This document shows, in pieces, positions 1 through 10,073 of a stretch of 64,000 nucleotides of DNA (positions within the stretch are counted from its first letter, which is position 1; every line of letters starts with the position of its first letter). The translations under genes and the position numbers were made by a program. The notes under the pieces are model-generated. The model made no database searches. It saw nothing but the letters and a program-made list of their open reading frames with translations, and was not told the origin of the DNA. The stretch is from Synergistales bacterium (GTDB taxonomy: Bacteria; Synergistota; Synergistia; Synergistales; JAFGMB01): contig OY762654.1 in NCBI GenBank assembly GCA_963666205.1, positions 2,240,001 to 2,304,000 on the forward strand, read 5' to 3'.

Positions 1-68
1 ACCGGAATGGAGAACAAATTGTCAATAAAGAACATAAGATAGGGGTTGTTACTCTTCTCGCTCTAGCC

Positions 69-917
69 TTGCCTATCCTGTCCTGGGGATCTGCTTTTCC
101 GAGTATAAGGTATGCTCTCACCGGTTATTCTCCAATACAGATAGCTACTCTCAGGTTTATCATCGGATCTCTGCTTCTTCTGGTCTATGCTATGTTGAAG
201 GGATTCGGTCTCCCTGATAAAAGAGATATACCAATGATATGCTTTTTATCCCTTAGCGGAGTTGTGCTGTATCATGTCCCTCTAAACATGGGGGCTAGAA
301 CTGTAACGGCAGGAACGGTAAGTCTTCTTAATGCCACCGCGCCTGTTTTTACAGCCATCTTGTCCATGTTCCTGATCAGGGAGCGGATTCAGGCTAAAGG
401 ATGGTTAGGGATCTTTGTCAGTTTTCTGGGTGCAGGTCTGCTGGCTTTTAATGGGGTTGAGGGTTTCCTGTTTTCTTTCGGGGCAATGTGGATTCTTTTT
501 GCTGCTTTTTCGGAGAGTTTTTATTTTATTTACCAGAGAGGTCTGCTACTTAAATATGGCCCGGTAAGGCTCACAATGTACGTAATGTGGCTAGGGGCTA
601 TCATTATGGTCCCCTTCAGCGGTAACCTTCTCGCATCTTTTCGTAATGCTCCCACGGGTGCATCCATAGCGGTTCTGTATATGGGTATTTTCCCGACAGC
701 TATAGCATATGTTCTCTGGGCTTATGACCTTTCCATATTTCCAGCATCAAGAGTAGCGAGCCTTCTATATCTTTCACCTGTTATTTCGATTCTTCTAGGG
801 TGGTTGTGGCTTGGAGAAAAGCCAACCCTGATGATAATTGCAGGTGGTACACTTGCAATTGCAGGTGTGGCATGTGTGCAGAGATCCAGAATTTGTAACC
901 GCAAGAATATCGGGTAA
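69..917 (+). CDS. DMT/EamA family transporter (true start is probably upstream; the frame is open to the window edge)
   Basis: About 10 hydrophobic helices in two EamA-like repeats (ILSWGSAF, LRF, L.EKP). Frame has no stop from position 3. Confidence 0.85.
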   Translation: MPILSWGSAFPSIRYALTGYSPIQIATLRFIIGSLLLLVYAMLKGFGLPDKRDIPMICFLSLSGVVLYHVPLNMGARTVTAGTVSLLNATAPVFTAILSMFLIRERIQAKGWLGIFVSFLGAGLLAFNGVEGFLFSFGAMWILFAAFSESFYFIYQRGLLLKYGPVRLTMYVMWLGAIIMVPFSGNLLASFRNAPTGASIAVLYMGIFPTAIAYVLWAYDLSIFPASRVASLLYLSPVISILLGWLWLGEKPTLMIIAGGTLAIAGVACVQRSRICNRKNIG

Positions 918-951
918 AAGGATGGATCCTTCTGTTGATCCATTGATTGTA

Positions 952-1728
952 TTACATGTGCAGGAGGGTATCTTCCAGGTGAATTGCAGATCTGGAATAG
1001 GCCATGATATCGTCCATATCCTGCAGCAGATGTTTAACCATTGCTTCTTTTGCCTTTTTAACGTTCCGGGACCTTATATGTTTGAGAATAGTCCGATGCT
1101 CCTCCATCATCTTGTTCCATCGCTGTTCTGGAAGTTCCAGATAATGATGTCTGTGGGCCTCAAGTTCTGCACGTATTGTGCGTAGGAGTTTTACCATAAG
1201 ACCATTCCCTGCTATTTCGGCCAGTCTGTCATGAAATTTTGTCCTGGTCTGGAGCATGGTTTCCTTGAGAATATCTATATTCTCAATATCCTCCAGTATG
1301 ACTTCTTCCAGATTATCCAGTTCCTTGAGGGTTGCGTTGTGGGTAACCCATTCCACCATCTGGCTTTCAAGAAGTGCCCTGAGTTCCATTTTCTCCGCAA
1401 GAGAGACGTCTTCAGTCAGAGAATTGATAAGTTCGTTATTTGCTATTCTTCGAAGAGCATCCGGTGCAATAAAGGTCCCCTGGCCCGGGCGGGATTCAAC
1501 TATCTTGAAAAGGGAAAGAGCCTTCATAGCTTCCCTTATGCTGTTCCGGCTAACCTGGAACTGTCCGGCAAGAGAAAGCTCTCCATCCATTTTACTTCCA
1601 GGTTCCCACGATCCATTTTTTATGGAGGAGATTATCTGTGCCATAACATTTTCATAAAGGGTGGAGCGGTTTGCGGGTTTGAACAAGGGGGATTCCTCCA
1701 GAAAAGTATTATATGTGCTCTCTTTCAC
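952..1728 (-). CDS. GntR/FadR family transcriptional regulator
   Basis: wHTH ELSLAGQFQVSRNSIREAM...GQGTF; FCD domain FHDRLAEIAGN...EH. Confidence 0.9.
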   Translation of the reverse strand: MKESTYNTFLEESPLFKPANRSTLYENVMAQIISSIKNGSWEPGSKMDGELSLAGQFQVSRNSIREAMKALSLFKIVESRPGQGTFIAPDALRRIANNELINSLTEDVSLAEKMELRALLESQMVEWVTHNATLKELDNLEEVILEDIENIDILKETMLQTRTKFHDRLAEIAGNGLMVKLLRTIRAELEAHRHHYLELPEQRWNKMMEEHRTILKHIRSRNVKKAKEAMVKHLLQDMDDIMAYSRSAIHLEDTLLHM

Positions 1729-1950
1729 TTTTGGTCTATTTCCTGAAGCATTATACCAAAAGGTTAAGATGATTTGTCCTCTATGGTATTATTTTCTGGT
1801 AGTAAAGATCAGAATCAGGCTTTTGGTAAGGATCATGTGTTTAAATTTCAGGAAACATGATGATTCTCTTAACGTTCAACGGTGGTATTCTTAGCTCAGA
1901 GCCGGTGAAGAAAAGATGGTTTCACGATTAAAAGAGGAAGGGGTCATTTA

Positions 1951-2568
1951 TTGAAGGATTACTTCGGAATGCGCAAAGGACAGCCTCTTATCCTTTTATT
2001 TAATATTGCTGTTCTGACTGTTTTTGCGGTTGTTTTTGCTTCAAGGGCAAATTATGAATTTCTAACCTACATAGGTGTTACCCTTTTTTTTATGACCCTG
2101 ATAATATTGACCAACAGGAGAGTATATTATCCTGACTTTCTGTTATGGATTCTTTCCCTATGGTCACTGGCCCACATGTGTGGGGGTGGATTGATCATAG
2201 GTGGGGAAAAACTCTATGAATTTATGATCTTTGATATTGTGGGCGAACCCTATCTTATATTCAAGTATGATCAGTTTGTTCACATTACAGGATTTGCAGG
2301 GGCAACCCTTGCAATGTATTACCTTATAAAGCCTCTTTTAAGGAATCCACACAGATGGATAGCCCTTTCAGTTGTTGTTATAATGGCCGGTCTAGGTGTT
2401 GGAGCGTTAAACGAGATAGTCGAATTTTTCGTATCCGTACTGGTGGGTGAAACCGGGGTAGGTGGGTATGTTAACACTTCCCTTGACCTGGTTTCTGATC
2501 TTCTTGGAGCCTTGATAGCCATGGTCCTGATATTTACAAAAGAAAAAAAAGTCTCACCAGTTGTATAG
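1951..2568 (+). CDS. Integral membrane protein, DUF2238/YjdF-like
   Basis: Motifs HMCGG, YDQFVH, GALNEIVEF, NTSLDL..D; TTG start after a purine-rich SD. Confidence 0.7.
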   Translation: MKDYFGMRKGQPLILLFNIAVLTVFAVVFASRANYEFLTYIGVTLFFMTLIILTNRRVYYPDFLLWILSLWSLAHMCGGGLIIGGEKLYEFMIFDIVGEPYLIFKYDQFVHITGFAGATLAMYYLIKPLLRNPHRWIALSVVVIMAGLGVGALNEIVEFFVSVLVGETGVGGYVNTSLDLVSDLLGALIAMVLIFTKEKKVSPVV

Positions 2569-2603
2569 GTTTTACGCTTACTTCCTGCAGGGGTTGGTCC
2601 TGA

Positions 2604-3395
2604 TTGGGTTATATTGAGAATGTACTTGGATCTTTTAATCTTGACATGGTGGGAATGTTCCTGCTCGGCTTTTGTGCATTCTTTGTCGGATTCTCCAAGA
2701 GTGCTCTCCCTGGTGCAATTATCCTCATTATACCGGTAAGTGCTGCTGTTCTTCCGGCAAAAACTGCTGTTGGAGTTGTCCTTCCTTTACTTATGTTCGG
2801 TGACCTGTTAACTACGGGTTACTTTTTCAGAAAAATCAATATCAACCATATGAAATTTATTCTTCCCTCTGCTTTTTGCGGTGTAATTGCAGGATATATG
2901 CTTATGGAAAGAATGAGTAGTGAGGACTTAAAACCCATGATAGGTTTTGTTGTTCTCTGCATGTTGATACTCAAACAGGTGATCCAGATATCCGGCGGCA
3001 GGTTTTCCGGATACTCGAAGAAGTATGATCCGGAACATGTAGACAAACCCCTGGTCTCGATCTTTTTTGGATTGATAATGGGTACCATAGCCACGGTGGC
3101 ACATGCTGCAGGCCCTCTGACTGCCCTTTATCTGATCTTGAACCGTTTCCCCAAAACTCAGTTTGTAGCTACTGCTGCGGGATTTTTCCTTTTCATTAAC
3201 TGGATGAAAGTACCTTTTTACCTTAACCTTGGTATTCTCAGTTGGGATGTGCTTAAGCTTGATATTTTACTTTTCCCCTTTATAATTTCAGGATTTCTCA
3301 TTGGTATCAGGGTTCTTGGTTATATACCTCAGCGTAAATTTGATTTTGTTGTCCTGGTACTTGCATTTCTAGCTTCACTAAAACTGATCTTTTGA
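2604..3395 (+). CDS. TauE/SafE (TSUP) family exporter
   Basis: GFSKS..PG, LPLLMFGD, HAAGP motifs; about 8 TM helices. Confidence 0.85.
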   Translation: MGYIENVLGSFNLDMVGMFLLGFCAFFVGFSKSALPGAIILIIPVSAAVLPAKTAVGVVLPLLMFGDLLTTGYFFRKININHMKFILPSAFCGVIAGYMLMERMSSEDLKPMIGFVVLCMLILKQVIQISGGRFSGYSKKYDPEHVDKPLVSIFFGLIMGTIATVAHAAGPLTALYLILNRFPKTQFVATAAGFFLFINWMKVPFYLNLGILSWDVLKLDILLFPFIISGFLIGIRVLGYIPQRKFDFVVLVLAFLASLKLIF

Positions 3396-3437
3396 GACAC
3401 ACAAGGCAGTGATGTATGTTGCCTGCCTTGCGTGTCT
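3395..3437. terminator. Probable bidirectional terminator hairpin
   Basis: AGACACACAAGGCAG / CTGCCTTGCGTGTCT inverted repeat between convergent genes. Confidence 0.6.
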
Positions 3438-3452
3438 TTATACTGAGGATTG

Positions 3453-4397
3453 TTACTCTACGGAAACCAGGGAGTCCTTTTTGGATTCATTGACAATAAG
3501 CTGAAGTACATCCGGTCTTGCATAATGGCCCATTACATCAAAATCAAAGCGGCTCTGGGGAATAAGTGTCAGGTCAAGATCAGCTATCAGGATATTTTCC
3601 CTGTTATAAACAGGTTCTACAACATATTTCCCAAGAGGGTCGATTATAGCACTTCCACCCGGGCACATATGGTCCGGCTGGGATTCAAGATCTGAGTAGA
3701 ATTCCAGGTCCTTGGGATACATGTCTTTAGAAACATACTGGTTGCAGGAGAGGACAAAACACCTTCCTTCCAGCGCTATATGGCGTATGGTAGACTGCCA
3801 TTCTTCCCTTGAGTCTGCCGTTGGTGCCAGGTATATTACGGTACCTTTGCCGTATATTGCAGTTCTTGCCAGTGGCATGTAATTTTCCCAGCAGATAAGT
3901 CCCCCCATTTTCCCATAGGGGGTGTCTATAACAGTCAGAGTGCTCCCATCTCCTTCTCCCCAGACTATCCTTTCGCTTCCCGTTGGTTTGAGCTTCCGGT
4001 GTTTTCCCAGGAGCCTGCCATCAGGTCCAAAATAGAGTATAGTGCAGTAAAGAGTGCCTCCTTCTCTTTCTATTATCCCCATCACAAGGTGAACCCCATA
4101 TTGCCTTGCGGCCTTTCCAAGAATTTCAGTTGTGTCTCCCGGGACACTTACAGAATTATCGAAGTATCTGAAAAAATCCTTCCTCCCCCGAGGGTCCCGG
4201 CTTCCAATAACGGTACCAAAGGAAAGTCCTCTGGGATAAGCAGGAATGAAGGCTTCTGGAAACAGTATTATCTTTGCTCCTTTTCCCGCCGCTTTCTTCA
4301 TCAGATCAAGGGTTTTTGCGATGGTTGCTTTTTTGTCCATGATTACAGGAGCAGCCTGAATTACTGCAACCTTTACAGTATTGTTGTTATTGTCCAT
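3453..4397 (-). CDS. Nitrilase (carbon-nitrogen hydrolase family)
   Basis: Catalytic E (FPEAFI..YP), K (HRKLKPT), C (ICWENYMP); C-terminal DVMGHYARPD; SD GGGGAGG before ATG 4397. Confidence 0.92.
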   Translation of the reverse strand: MDNNNNTVKVAVIQAAPVIMDKKATIAKTLDLMKKAAGKGAKIILFPEAFIPAYPRGLSFGTVIGSRDPRGRKDFFRYFDNSVSVPGDTTEILGKAARQYGVHLVMGIIEREGGTLYCTILYFGPDGRLLGKHRKLKPTGSERIVWGEGDGSTLTVIDTPYGKMGGLICWENYMPLARTAIYGKGTVIYLAPTADSREEWQSTIRHIALEGRCFVLSCNQYVSKDMYPKDLEFYSDLESQPDHMCPGGSAIIDPLGKYVVEPVYNRENILIADLDLTLIPQSRFDFDVMGHYARPDVLQLIVNESKKDSLVSVE

Positions 4398-4509
4398 TAG
4401 AATTCCTCCCCTGGCTTGATCCATTGTTCTATTATTGAATTATAACCACAAATATATTATTTATGGTAAAATCAACACGAATTAATCCAAAATGTCAATT
4501 TCATACGGA

Positions 4510-4603
4510 CTAAAAGGGAGTAGTTAGTCAGGCAGCGTCAACATGCTGGTGAAGTTCACCTGGCTCTGCCGTTGGTATTTATGCCAATTAACGAGACTTT
4601 TAG
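4510..4603 (+). ncRNA. yybP-ykoY manganese riboswitch aptamer
   Basis: AAAGGGAGTAG ... CGTCAACAT ... ACGAGACTTT signature; P1 CTAAAAG/CTTTTAG; lies directly upstream of mntP. Confidence 0.9.
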
Positions 4604-4637
4604 CGTGGTAATTCCATGCTGAAGTCTCGTTTTTTTT
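4590..4637 (+). terminator. Riboswitch expression-platform terminator
   Basis: AACGAGACTT..AGCGTGG / CCATGCT..AAGTCTCGTT followed by a T-tract; the 5' arm overlaps the aptamer P1 3' strand (ON-switch logic). Confidence 0.85.
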
Positions 4638-4667
4638 ATCAGCTGAAATCATTAATGGAGGTTATAT

Positions 4668-5255
4668 ATGATAAATAGTCTTGCCTTTATCCTTGGTGTC
4701 AGCCTTTCTATGGATGCTCTTGCTGTTTCCTGTACCATACCGGTTTGTGTTCCCGGAGTTTCCATGATCAGATCATTAAGGGTGGCTCTCAGTTTCGGTT
4801 TTTTTCAGGCAGTGATGCCCCTCATCGGATGGTTTGCTGCAGAGCGGTTTCTCTTTCTTATTGAGCCTGTGGATCATTGGCTGGGTTTTATCCTTCTCTC
4901 AATCGTTGGAGGGAAGATGATCAGGGAAGGGCTTGCTGCAAAGGAAGGATGTTCTGTCCTGCCCGGGGATCCGACAAAGGGTAAATATTTACTGGCCCTT
5001 TCTATTGGTACAAGTATTGATGCACTGGCTGTAGGTGTCAGTTTTATAGGTATGAAGATAGATGTCTTTACTACTGTCACTGTCATAGGGCTGATAACCT
5101 TTTCTCTTTCATTTATCGGATTAAGGCTTTCCCGGAGATTATGCGGAGATAGCAGAAAAGGAAAGATGGAAGTCATTGGAGGTCTGGTCCTGATACTTAT
5201 AGGGATAAATATAGTATTGGAACACCTTGGTATTTTTCATATCTTGACACTTTAG
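4668..5255 (+). CDS. mntP: Manganese efflux pump MntP
   Basis: LSMDALAVS, FGFFQAVMP, DHW, TSIDALAVG motifs; Mn riboswitch upstream. Confidence 0.93.
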   Translation: MINSLAFILGVSLSMDALAVSCTIPVCVPGVSMIRSLRVALSFGFFQAVMPLIGWFAAERFLFLIEPVDHWLGFILLSIVGGKMIREGLAAKEGCSVLPGDPTKGKYLLALSIGTSIDALAVGVSFIGMKIDVFTTVTVIGLITFSLSFIGLRLSRRLCGDSRKGKMEVIGGLVLILIGINIVLEHLGIFHILTL

Positions 5256-5276
5256 ATCAAAGAGTGGAGGTTCATA

Positions 5277-5720
5277 ATGTCTGGAAGAGTTGTTGCTGTA
5301 TGTGTTTCTGAAAAAAAAGGAACTTCGAAAAAAGATGTGGGTAAGGCAAAACTGGTTCCTGAATTGGGGCTGGAAGGGGATGCCCATGCCGGTTTTGCCC
5401 ATCGTCAGGTCAGTCTTCTCAATGCAGAGGATATAAAAGAGGCTTCTGAAAAAATGCCCGGGTTGATACCCGGAAGCTTTGCTGAAAATATCACGGTTGA
5501 GGGTTTCGATGTATCCTCAGTTCCAGTAGGAGATCGTCTGAGAATAGGAGAATGTCTTCTTGAAGTTACACAGATCGGGAAAGAATGTCATTCCAGATGT
5601 GAAATATATAAAACGATAGGAGACTGTATCATGCCAAAGAAGGGGGTCTTCTGCAGGGTACTCGAGGGAGGGTGTATCTCCAGAGGAGACAAGGTCATCC
5701 AATTGGTCGAAGAGTCCTGA
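5277..5720 (+). CDS. MOSC domain protein
   Basis: GLEGDAHAG, RQVSLL, PGSFAENIT, QIGKECHSRC, CIMP..GVF. Confidence 0.9.
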   Translation: MSGRVVAVCVSEKKGTSKKDVGKAKLVPELGLEGDAHAGFAHRQVSLLNAEDIKEASEKMPGLIPGSFAENITVEGFDVSSVPVGDRLRIGECLLEVTQIGKECHSRCEIYKTIGDCIMPKKGVFCRVLEGGCISRGDKVIQLVEES

Positions 5721-5820
5721 CAACATCGTTATGACCAATCAGCCCTCTCTGCAGGATAAAAGGATTTAACCACTCTTCAATTTGCCTCATCAGTGTGGTA
5801 TATTATCACTATGGAGGTGT

Positions 5821-6951
5821 ATGGCCATGCTGTTCGAGTCGACTGAAATACGGGGTCTGGTCCTGAAAAACCGTTTTGTAAGATCTGCCACGTGGGAGGG
5901 TCTTGCTAATGAGGATGGTTCTTGTACATCAAGGCTTATCGATCTAATGACAGAACTTGCAATTGGGGGAGTCGGTCTTATCATTTCAGGACATGCTTAT
6001 GTGAGCAGGGAGGGGCAGGCAAGTCTCAGACAGCTTGGGATTTATGATGATATCCTTCTTCCCGATCTTATCGAAATGGCCGATGCTGTTCACCGTGAAG
6101 GAGGAAAGATAGCAATTCAGCTGGCTCATGGCGGATGTCATGGTGCTAACAAGATCACGGGTCTTGAAACAAGGGGGCCATCAGTGCCGGATGAAACCAG
6201 GGGGTTTTCCTGCAGAGAAATGTCAGAAGACGATATTGCTGAAACTGTCTTATCCTTTGGCAGGGCTGCACTTAGAGCGAAAAATGCCGGTTTTGATGCT
6301 GTCCAGATCCACGCTGCCCACGGTTATCTTTTAAGCCAGTTCCTGTCTCCTTTCTATAACAGGCGAACGGATACATATGGAGGATGTCTTGAGAACAGGG
6401 CAAGGATAGTTCTTGAAGTCATGAATGCCATCAGGCAGGCTGTGGGGAAAGATTATCCGGTAATGATAAAAATTAATTCCCAGGATTACCTTGAAGATGG
6501 ACTTACGGTGGATGAAATGGTAAAGGTCTGTATGCTTCTTGAAGATGCTGGTATAGATGCTGTTGAAATTAGTGGCGGTACCGTGAATGAGGGCAGCCGG
6601 TACAAGGCTAGCAGAACTCTTACCCTGGAACTTCAGGAAGATGAAGTCTATTATAGGGAAGCTGCGGCTCAGTATAAAAAGAAAGTACATGTGCCTCTGA
6701 TCCTTGTAGGGGGTATCAGATCTTTCTCAGTGGCTGATAATCTTGTAAGAAATGGTATAGCTGACTATATAGCCCTTTCCAGGCCATTTATACGGGAGCC
6801 CTTTCTGGTCAATCGATGGAGATCAGGAGACTTGAGAACAGCAACATGTATTTCATGTAATGCCTGTTTCAGGCCGGCTCGCCAGGGGGAAGGACTCCAT
6901 TGTGTTGTTGAGGAATGTATTAAGAACAAGTTGATGAAAAGAGATTATTGA
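5821..6951 (+). CDS. NADH:flavin oxidoreductase (old yellow enzyme family)
   Basis: KNRFVRSATWE, QLAHGG, HAAHGYLLSQFLSP..NRRTD.YGG, C-terminal CISCNAC; SD GGAGG upstream of ATG 5821/5827. Confidence 0.92.
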   Translation: MAMLFESTEIRGLVLKNRFVRSATWEGLANEDGSCTSRLIDLMTELAIGGVGLIISGHAYVSREGQASLRQLGIYDDILLPDLIEMADAVHREGGKIAIQLAHGGCHGANKITGLETRGPSVPDETRGFSCREMSEDDIAETVLSFGRAALRAKNAGFDAVQIHAAHGYLLSQFLSPFYNRRTDTYGGCLENRARIVLEVMNAIRQAVGKDYPVMIKINSQDYLEDGLTVDEMVKVCMLLEDAGIDAVEISGGTVNEGSRYKASRTLTLELQEDEVYYREAAAQYKKKVHVPLILVGGIRSFSVADNLVRNGIADYIALSRPFIREPFLVNRWRSGDLRTATCISCNACFRPARQGEGLHCVVEECIKNKLMKRDY

Positions 6952-7093
6952 TTGATAATCTCTTATTTTTATGACATATCACACCTTTATTATTAACCTT
7001 CCGTGAATTTTGCCACCCCTTCCTTGAGTTTGCGGCATCTGTTTCCAAATAATTAAATCCCCTGTTAAATATCAGATTTATCTTACAGTGAAT

Positions 7094-7122
7094 TTGACAT
7101 GTTTTTACGGCAGATGTAAGAT
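7094..7122 (+). promoter_or_regulatory. Sigma70-type promoter for the fasciclin gene
   Basis: TTGACA-17 nt-TAAGAT. Confidence 0.6.
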
Positions 7123-7167
7123 GAGCACTGTGATCAAGTATCTGTTTAAACAAGGAGGGGAGGTCGA

Positions 7168-7686
7168 ATGAAAAGATCTGGAAAATCGATTATATATATT
7201 CTTGTTATTGTCCTTCTTTTCTCCGTTATTTCAATTTCAGCGATGGCAGGGGAGAAAACCTGGGGTGCAGTATCCAGATATGATATCGTTACCACAGCCC
7301 AGAGAGCTGGAGATTTCACAATTCTTGTAACTGCCCTTAAAGCTGCAGGGCTTGAAAGGCTTATGAGGGAGCAGAATTCATATACCGTTTTTGCTCCCAC
7401 TGATGAAGCTTTTTCCAAGTTACCTGAGGGGACAGTAGAAAATTTGCTTCTTCCGGAGAATGTTGATCAACTTAAAGCGATCCTGACATATCATGTGATA
7501 ATAAACAGGAGAATTATCTCTCCGATGCTAAGAGGGGTGCATGGACTGAAAACAGTGAATGGCAAGATGCTCAATGTCAGTTATTCTCCCGCTAAGGTCC
7601 GCATAAACAATGCCTTTGTTATTCAACCTGATATTACGACCAGGAACGGAATAATCCATGTTATCGATACAGTTCTGATACCATAA
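7168..7686 (+). CDS. Secreted fasciclin (FAS1) domain protein
   Basis: Signal peptide; TVFAPTDEAF, ILTYHV, NGIIHVIDTVL. Confidence 0.92.
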   Translation: MKRSGKSIIYILVIVLLFSVISISAMAGEKTWGAVSRYDIVTTAQRAGDFTILVTALKAAGLERLMREQNSYTVFAPTDEAFSKLPEGTVENLLLPENVDQLKAILTYHVIINRRIISPMLRGVHGLKTVNGKMLNVSYSPAKVRINNAFVIQPDITTRNGIIHVIDTVLIP

Positions 7687-7707
7687 CGGGGAAACACCAG
7701 GATCCAG

Positions 7708-7746
7708 AACATATGGGGGATACCAGACATGTATCCCCCATATGTT
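7708..7746. terminator. Hairpin between convergent genes
   Basis: Perfect 16-bp inverted repeat AACATATGGGGGATAC / GTATCCCCCATATGTT. Confidence 0.6.
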
Positions 7747-9266
7747 TATCTGCGTGACCACAGCCAGACCTTGAGTATCTTTTTGATCCATGGTGTTAAT
7801 CTTTTCCCATTATAGATATCTCCAGCTCTTTTAAAGATCTCAGTCTGTGTAGGGTAGGGATGGATGATCTCTGAAAGTTTTCCAATAGTCAAGCCAGCCT
7901 TTATGGCTGTTCCGATTTCACTGATCATATCTCCAGCATGATTGGCTACTAGAGTTGCTCCAAGGATCTTCCCATTTTCCCCCCCAAAGATAATCTTTAA
8001 AAAGCCCCTTTCGTCTCCTTCAAGGAGGCCCCTGTCAATTTCAGTCAGAGACACTTTTATGGAATCAAAATCGAGACCTCTTTCAGTTGCGTCCCTTTCA
8101 TACATGCCAACATGGGCTATCTCAGGATCAACATATGTGCACCAGGGGATACAGAGAGCACTTAGCTTCTTTCTTCCTGCAAAAAGTGCATTCTGAAGAG
8201 CTATTCTGGCACTGGCATCTGCAGTATGGGTAAATTTATATTTCATACAGGAATCTCCTGCAGCATAGATCCTGGGGTTTGTTGTTTGAAGATAATCTGT
8301 TACCTTTACTCCATTTCTTTTGTCATATTCAACTCCTGCTGCCTCCAGGTCCAGATCTTCAATGTCCGGGATTCTTCCTGTAGCAATAAGAAACTCGCTT
8401 ACTCTACAGGTCCTTTCTCCTTCTCCATCTGTTTGTATAAGGGCCTCTTTGAAACCATCCCTCACCCTTATGGTCTTTAACTGGGAGTTAAACATTATGT
8501 CGATTCCTTCGTCGATGAATATCTCAGCTACTATAGATGCAGCATCAGGGTCTTCCTTTGGAAGAAACTGGTGTCCTCGCTGGACGATGGTAACCTTGCT
8601 TCCCAGTCTGGAGAAAGCAAGGGCGAGTTCACATCCCAGTGGACCTCCTCCCAGTATCATGAGTGTTTCGGGTATTTTAGAGATGTTGAAAATACTCTCG
8701 TTTGTGATATAGCCGCAGGTGTCAATTCCTTCTACAGGGGGAATGAAGGTTGTGGCTCCACTGGTGATAATCGCTCTCTTGAATTTAAGGACCCTGTTTT
8801 CAACGGAAAGACTATTTGCGGAAGTAAAGTGCCCCTTACCGAAAAAAAGGTGAATTCCTTCTTTTACAATTCTTTCAGCCGAATCATGTTCACTGATCTT
8901 TGATCTTACCTGGCGAAGCCTGGCCATGACATCCGGAAAATCAACCTGGAAATCAGAAACCCTGATCCCGAATCGATCCGAATCCCGTATCTCCCTTAAC
9001 AGTCTGGAACTCCGGATAAGCAGTTTTGAGGGCACACATCCATAATTCAGGCAGTCTCCTCCCAGAAATGTTTTTTCAATCAGAGCCGTTTTTGCTCCAA
9101 GTCTGGCTCCACCTATTGCAGCAACCAGTCCAGCTGATCCTGCTCCGAGAACAACAAGATCATATGTCCCGGCAGGTACAGGATTTTGCCAGTTCTCCGG
9201 ATGTACATTTTTTAAGAGTTCCTTATTGTAAGTATCCATGGGCATGGGATGACAAAAGTCTTCCAT
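7746..9266 (-). CDS. Pyridine nucleotide-disulfide oxidoreductase (MerA/Lpd-like, no C-terminal Cys pair)
   Basis: GAGSAG, GGDCLNYGCVPSK, GGGPLGCE, HPYPT. Confidence 0.88.
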   Translation of the reverse strand: MEDFCHPMPMDTYNKELLKNVHPENWQNPVPAGTYDLVVLGAGSAGLVAAIGGARLGAKTALIEKTFLGGDCLNYGCVPSKLLIRSSRLLREIRDSDRFGIRVSDFQVDFPDVMARLRQVRSKISEHDSAERIVKEGIHLFFGKGHFTSANSLSVENRVLKFKRAIITSGATTFIPPVEGIDTCGYITNESIFNISKIPETLMILGGGPLGCELALAFSRLGSKVTIVQRGHQFLPKEDPDAASIVAEIFIDEGIDIMFNSQLKTIRVRDGFKEALIQTDGEGERTCRVSEFLIATGRIPDIEDLDLEAAGVEYDKRNGVKVTDYLQTTNPRIYAAGDSCMKYKFTHTADASARIALQNALFAGRKKLSALCIPWCTYVDPEIAHVGMYERDATERGLDFDSIKVSLTEIDRGLLEGDERGFLKIIFGGENGKILGATLVANHAGDMISEIGTAIKAGLTIGKLSEIIHPYPTQTEIFKRAGDIYNGKRLTPWIKKILKVWLWSRR

Positions 9267-9485
9267 TTTATGCTCCTTTCCCTTTCAGTTACCTTTTGGG
9301 AGATACAGAAGAGTTCTTAGGATAACAATAATCCTGGATTAACATTATCAGATCTTCCAGTAAATGAAAAAACGATTGAATATGTCAGAGCGTTCTTTAT
9401 CTACTATCTAGAATTATATCTTTTTTGACAGATTTGACCAGAAAAGCAGAAGATAAGAAAAATCTTAAGGATCCCATGGTGGATA

Positions 9486-10073
9486 TCAGTCCTTCAAAAG
9501 ACGGTGAGCTTCGACCATTCTCTGTATGCCTGTGATAATGACCAGAAAAGCAAAAAACAGGGTTAATAATGAGAGATATCCTGAAAAAATTATCATGAGG
9601 GAGAATAAAATAAAGCCTTCTGTTCTTTCTGTCAGACCAGCCTGATAATAAAAGGATTTTTCTGATCTTTTTTGTGAAAGGGCCCCGACTGTCAGAAAAA
9701 CCGTCATAGAAAACAGTATCGTAGAAATAAGGATAAGGAGTGCCATTCTTGAATCAGGGAACCGTATGGCCAGGGCCAGGATAATGGCTATCTCGACCAG
9801 ACGGTCACCGGTTATATCCAGAACTGTTCCCCATTGAGATGAGGATCCCCGGGTTCTTGCTATTGTCCCATCCACAGCGTCAAGAAATCCTGAGACCCAG
9901 AGAAAAGTTACACCTGTAAAGGAGAAATCTAGCAAAACAAGAAGAGATGACAGAATACCCAGAAGAAAGGCTCCCAGTGTTACCTGATCTGCTTTCAGGT
10001 TAATTGCTATACAAAGATCTGCCACTCTTTCTACATAGGGCTGGATCACTTTTCTGGCATAAGTATCGAGCAT
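9486..10073 (-). CDS. CDP-alcohol phosphatidyltransferase family protein (YnjF-like)
   Basis: DAVDGTIAR...G..LDITGD motif; GLTERTE. Confidence 0.9.
   Translation of the reverse strand: MLDTYARKVIQPYVERVADLCIAINLKADQVTLGAFLLGILSSLLVLLDFSFTGVTFLWVSGFLDAVDGTIARTRGSSSQWGTVLDITGDRLVEIAIILALAIRFPDSRMALLILISTILFSMTVFLTVGALSQKRSEKSFYYQAGLTERTEGFILFSLMIIFSGYLSLLTLFFAFLVIITGIQRMVEAHRLLKD

Noticed and set aside
9-68. ATT start (position 18) for the first DMT gene
   Set aside because: The frame is open to the window edge, so a normal upstream start cannot be excluded.
7746-9266. Mercuric reductase MerA / mercury-resistance operon
   Set aside because: No C-terminal Cys-Cys pair, no NmerA domain, and no merR/T/P nearby.
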